Positions 62,905 through 64,000 of a DNA stretch of 64,000 nucleotides are shown here, piece by piece; the stretch's first letter is position 1, and each line of letters opens with the position of its first letter. Source of the stretch: Euprymna scolopes. Its lineage: Eukaryota. The stretch is from assembly GCA_053919585.1 (NCBI GenBank), contig CM132789.1, one strand, 5' to 3'. The notes under the pieces were generated by a model, which worked only from the letters and a program-made list of their open reading frames with translations, searched no databases and was not told the DNA's origin. Both the position numbers and the translations under genes were made by a program.

Positions 62905-63245
62905 GAAAGAAATTAGTCAAGTGGGTTAAGAGTGTTGTACTTCCATCGGGCATAGCCAATGAGATTAAGCCCTCAGTATCGATCCGCACTAGATTATGTG
63001 GTTTACTGAAAACTCAAAGAAGGTGTTCCCTAAAGGTCATCGCAGCATAAAGTTGCAATATGGATTTTAAATATGCAAACGGTATTAAAATATTACAGTA
63101 AATACTCTTTGAAAGATTCATTCCATTTTGCAGACTTTATTCAGAGGTCTGAGGTTGTAAATAAATTTATGTGTTCTTACGACATTAGCAACCTGTCTAC
63201 TTGCGTCGCGATTTCAGAGACTATAGATATCTGTAAATATTTTTT
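62905..63245 (+). pseudogene. Penelope/Poseidon-type RT fragment, N-terminal half, inverted relative to 62496-62900
   Basis: IKPS.SIRTRLCGLLKT/KEGVP, YSLKDSFHFADFI, FMCSYDISNLSTCVAISETIDIC (cf. RLYGLPK.HK...P and SFD..SLFTNVP). Confidence 0.8.
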
Positions 63246-63575
63246 ATAAAGTCGTGTTGACTCATTATTTCATTTAAAGATTTTGGAGACTGTTCACGTT
63301 CGGTTGAGAAGGCCTTCCCTCTGTAAGCAGAAGGAATGCCTCTTGCTTTTGAGCGTGATTAGTCTCTAAGATCTTCGATTAATATTACGTTGCTGTATTT
63401 CAATCGCTTTCCCCCAATTTTCTTTCCCCATACAAAACGTAACGCAAAATTATTTTTATCTGTACATATTTTCGATTCCCATTGGTATTTTTTTCTCCCA
63501 AATACCGCGATACAGCTTTGATAAAGCGAGGGTGAAACCAGTCCGCTGATTCCCCCATTTATTTTTTTTCTTCTG

Positions 63576-63650
63576 TTGACTTTATTTTAACCGTTCACTT
63601 TATTTTAAACGTTGACTTCATTTTAACCGTCGACTTTATTTTAAACGTTT
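63576..63650. repeat. 18-bp tandem repeat, 4 copies
   Basis: gttgactttattttaa(c/a)c repeated four times. Confidence 0.85.
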
Positions 63651-63715
63651 GAATCACGACTTTTCATCTTCCTCTCATTGTTGCATTATATAATTTTTGT
63701 ACCCCTCAAAGAGTC

Positions 63716-63772
<57 letters not shown>

Positions 63773-63774
<2 letters not shown>

Positions 63775-64000
63775 TGCAGTAAACATCTCGTTTCTCCGTG
63801 AGTCTACCCTTTGCGAGCAAGGCCGCCAACCCCCAATATTTCCTCCTGTATCAGAAAACACGCTATGTGATATACGTATATCTGTACGTGATGTTGCCAA
63901 GCTAATCAAAAACCTTGATTACAGTAAAGCAACTGGCCCTGACGGTATTCCAATTATAGAACTCAAAAAACTTCAACCAGAACTAGCGCCCATACTTACA
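63773..64000 (+). mobile_element. 5'-truncated LINE ORF2 running off the window end
   Basis: Open frame ...DVAKLIKNLDYSKATGPDGIPIIELKKLQPELAPILT, the conserved pre-RT segment; begins right after (TA)n. Confidence 0.9.

Overview
This window is AT-rich, repeat-dominated eukaryotic DNA, most likely from an invertebrate animal, and is intergenic or deep-intronic. It contains no intact host gene; the only host-like signal is one candidate 24-nt micro-exon. Nearly all ORFs in the supplied track are artefacts of microsatellites, satellite DNA or N-gaps. Real content: (1) a ~250-copy 33-bp satellite (12333-25370) interrupted by a 4.8-kb Academ (AcademX-type) DNA transposon with TAG...CTA termini, a 3-bp TAT target-site duplication, nested ~350-bp terminal repeats and a pseudogenised transposase/XPG-like/CXC gene; (2) three families of non-autonomous Helitron-like elements, including a head-to-tail cluster at 4.7-11.8 kb; (3) several CR1/L2-group LINE fragments, one with a ~415-codon open RT frame; (4) Penelope-like element (PLE) remnants; (5) nine type I hammerhead-ribozyme motifs of four unrelated sequence families, all next to (TA)n tracts, including three inverted double-ribozyme cassettes and a tRNA(Met)-like Pol III head fused to a hammerhead; (6) a 5S-derived SINE3-like copy, two MITEs and a 16-bp minisatellite. 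All calls are by manual reading of the sequence; no database search or folding program was run.
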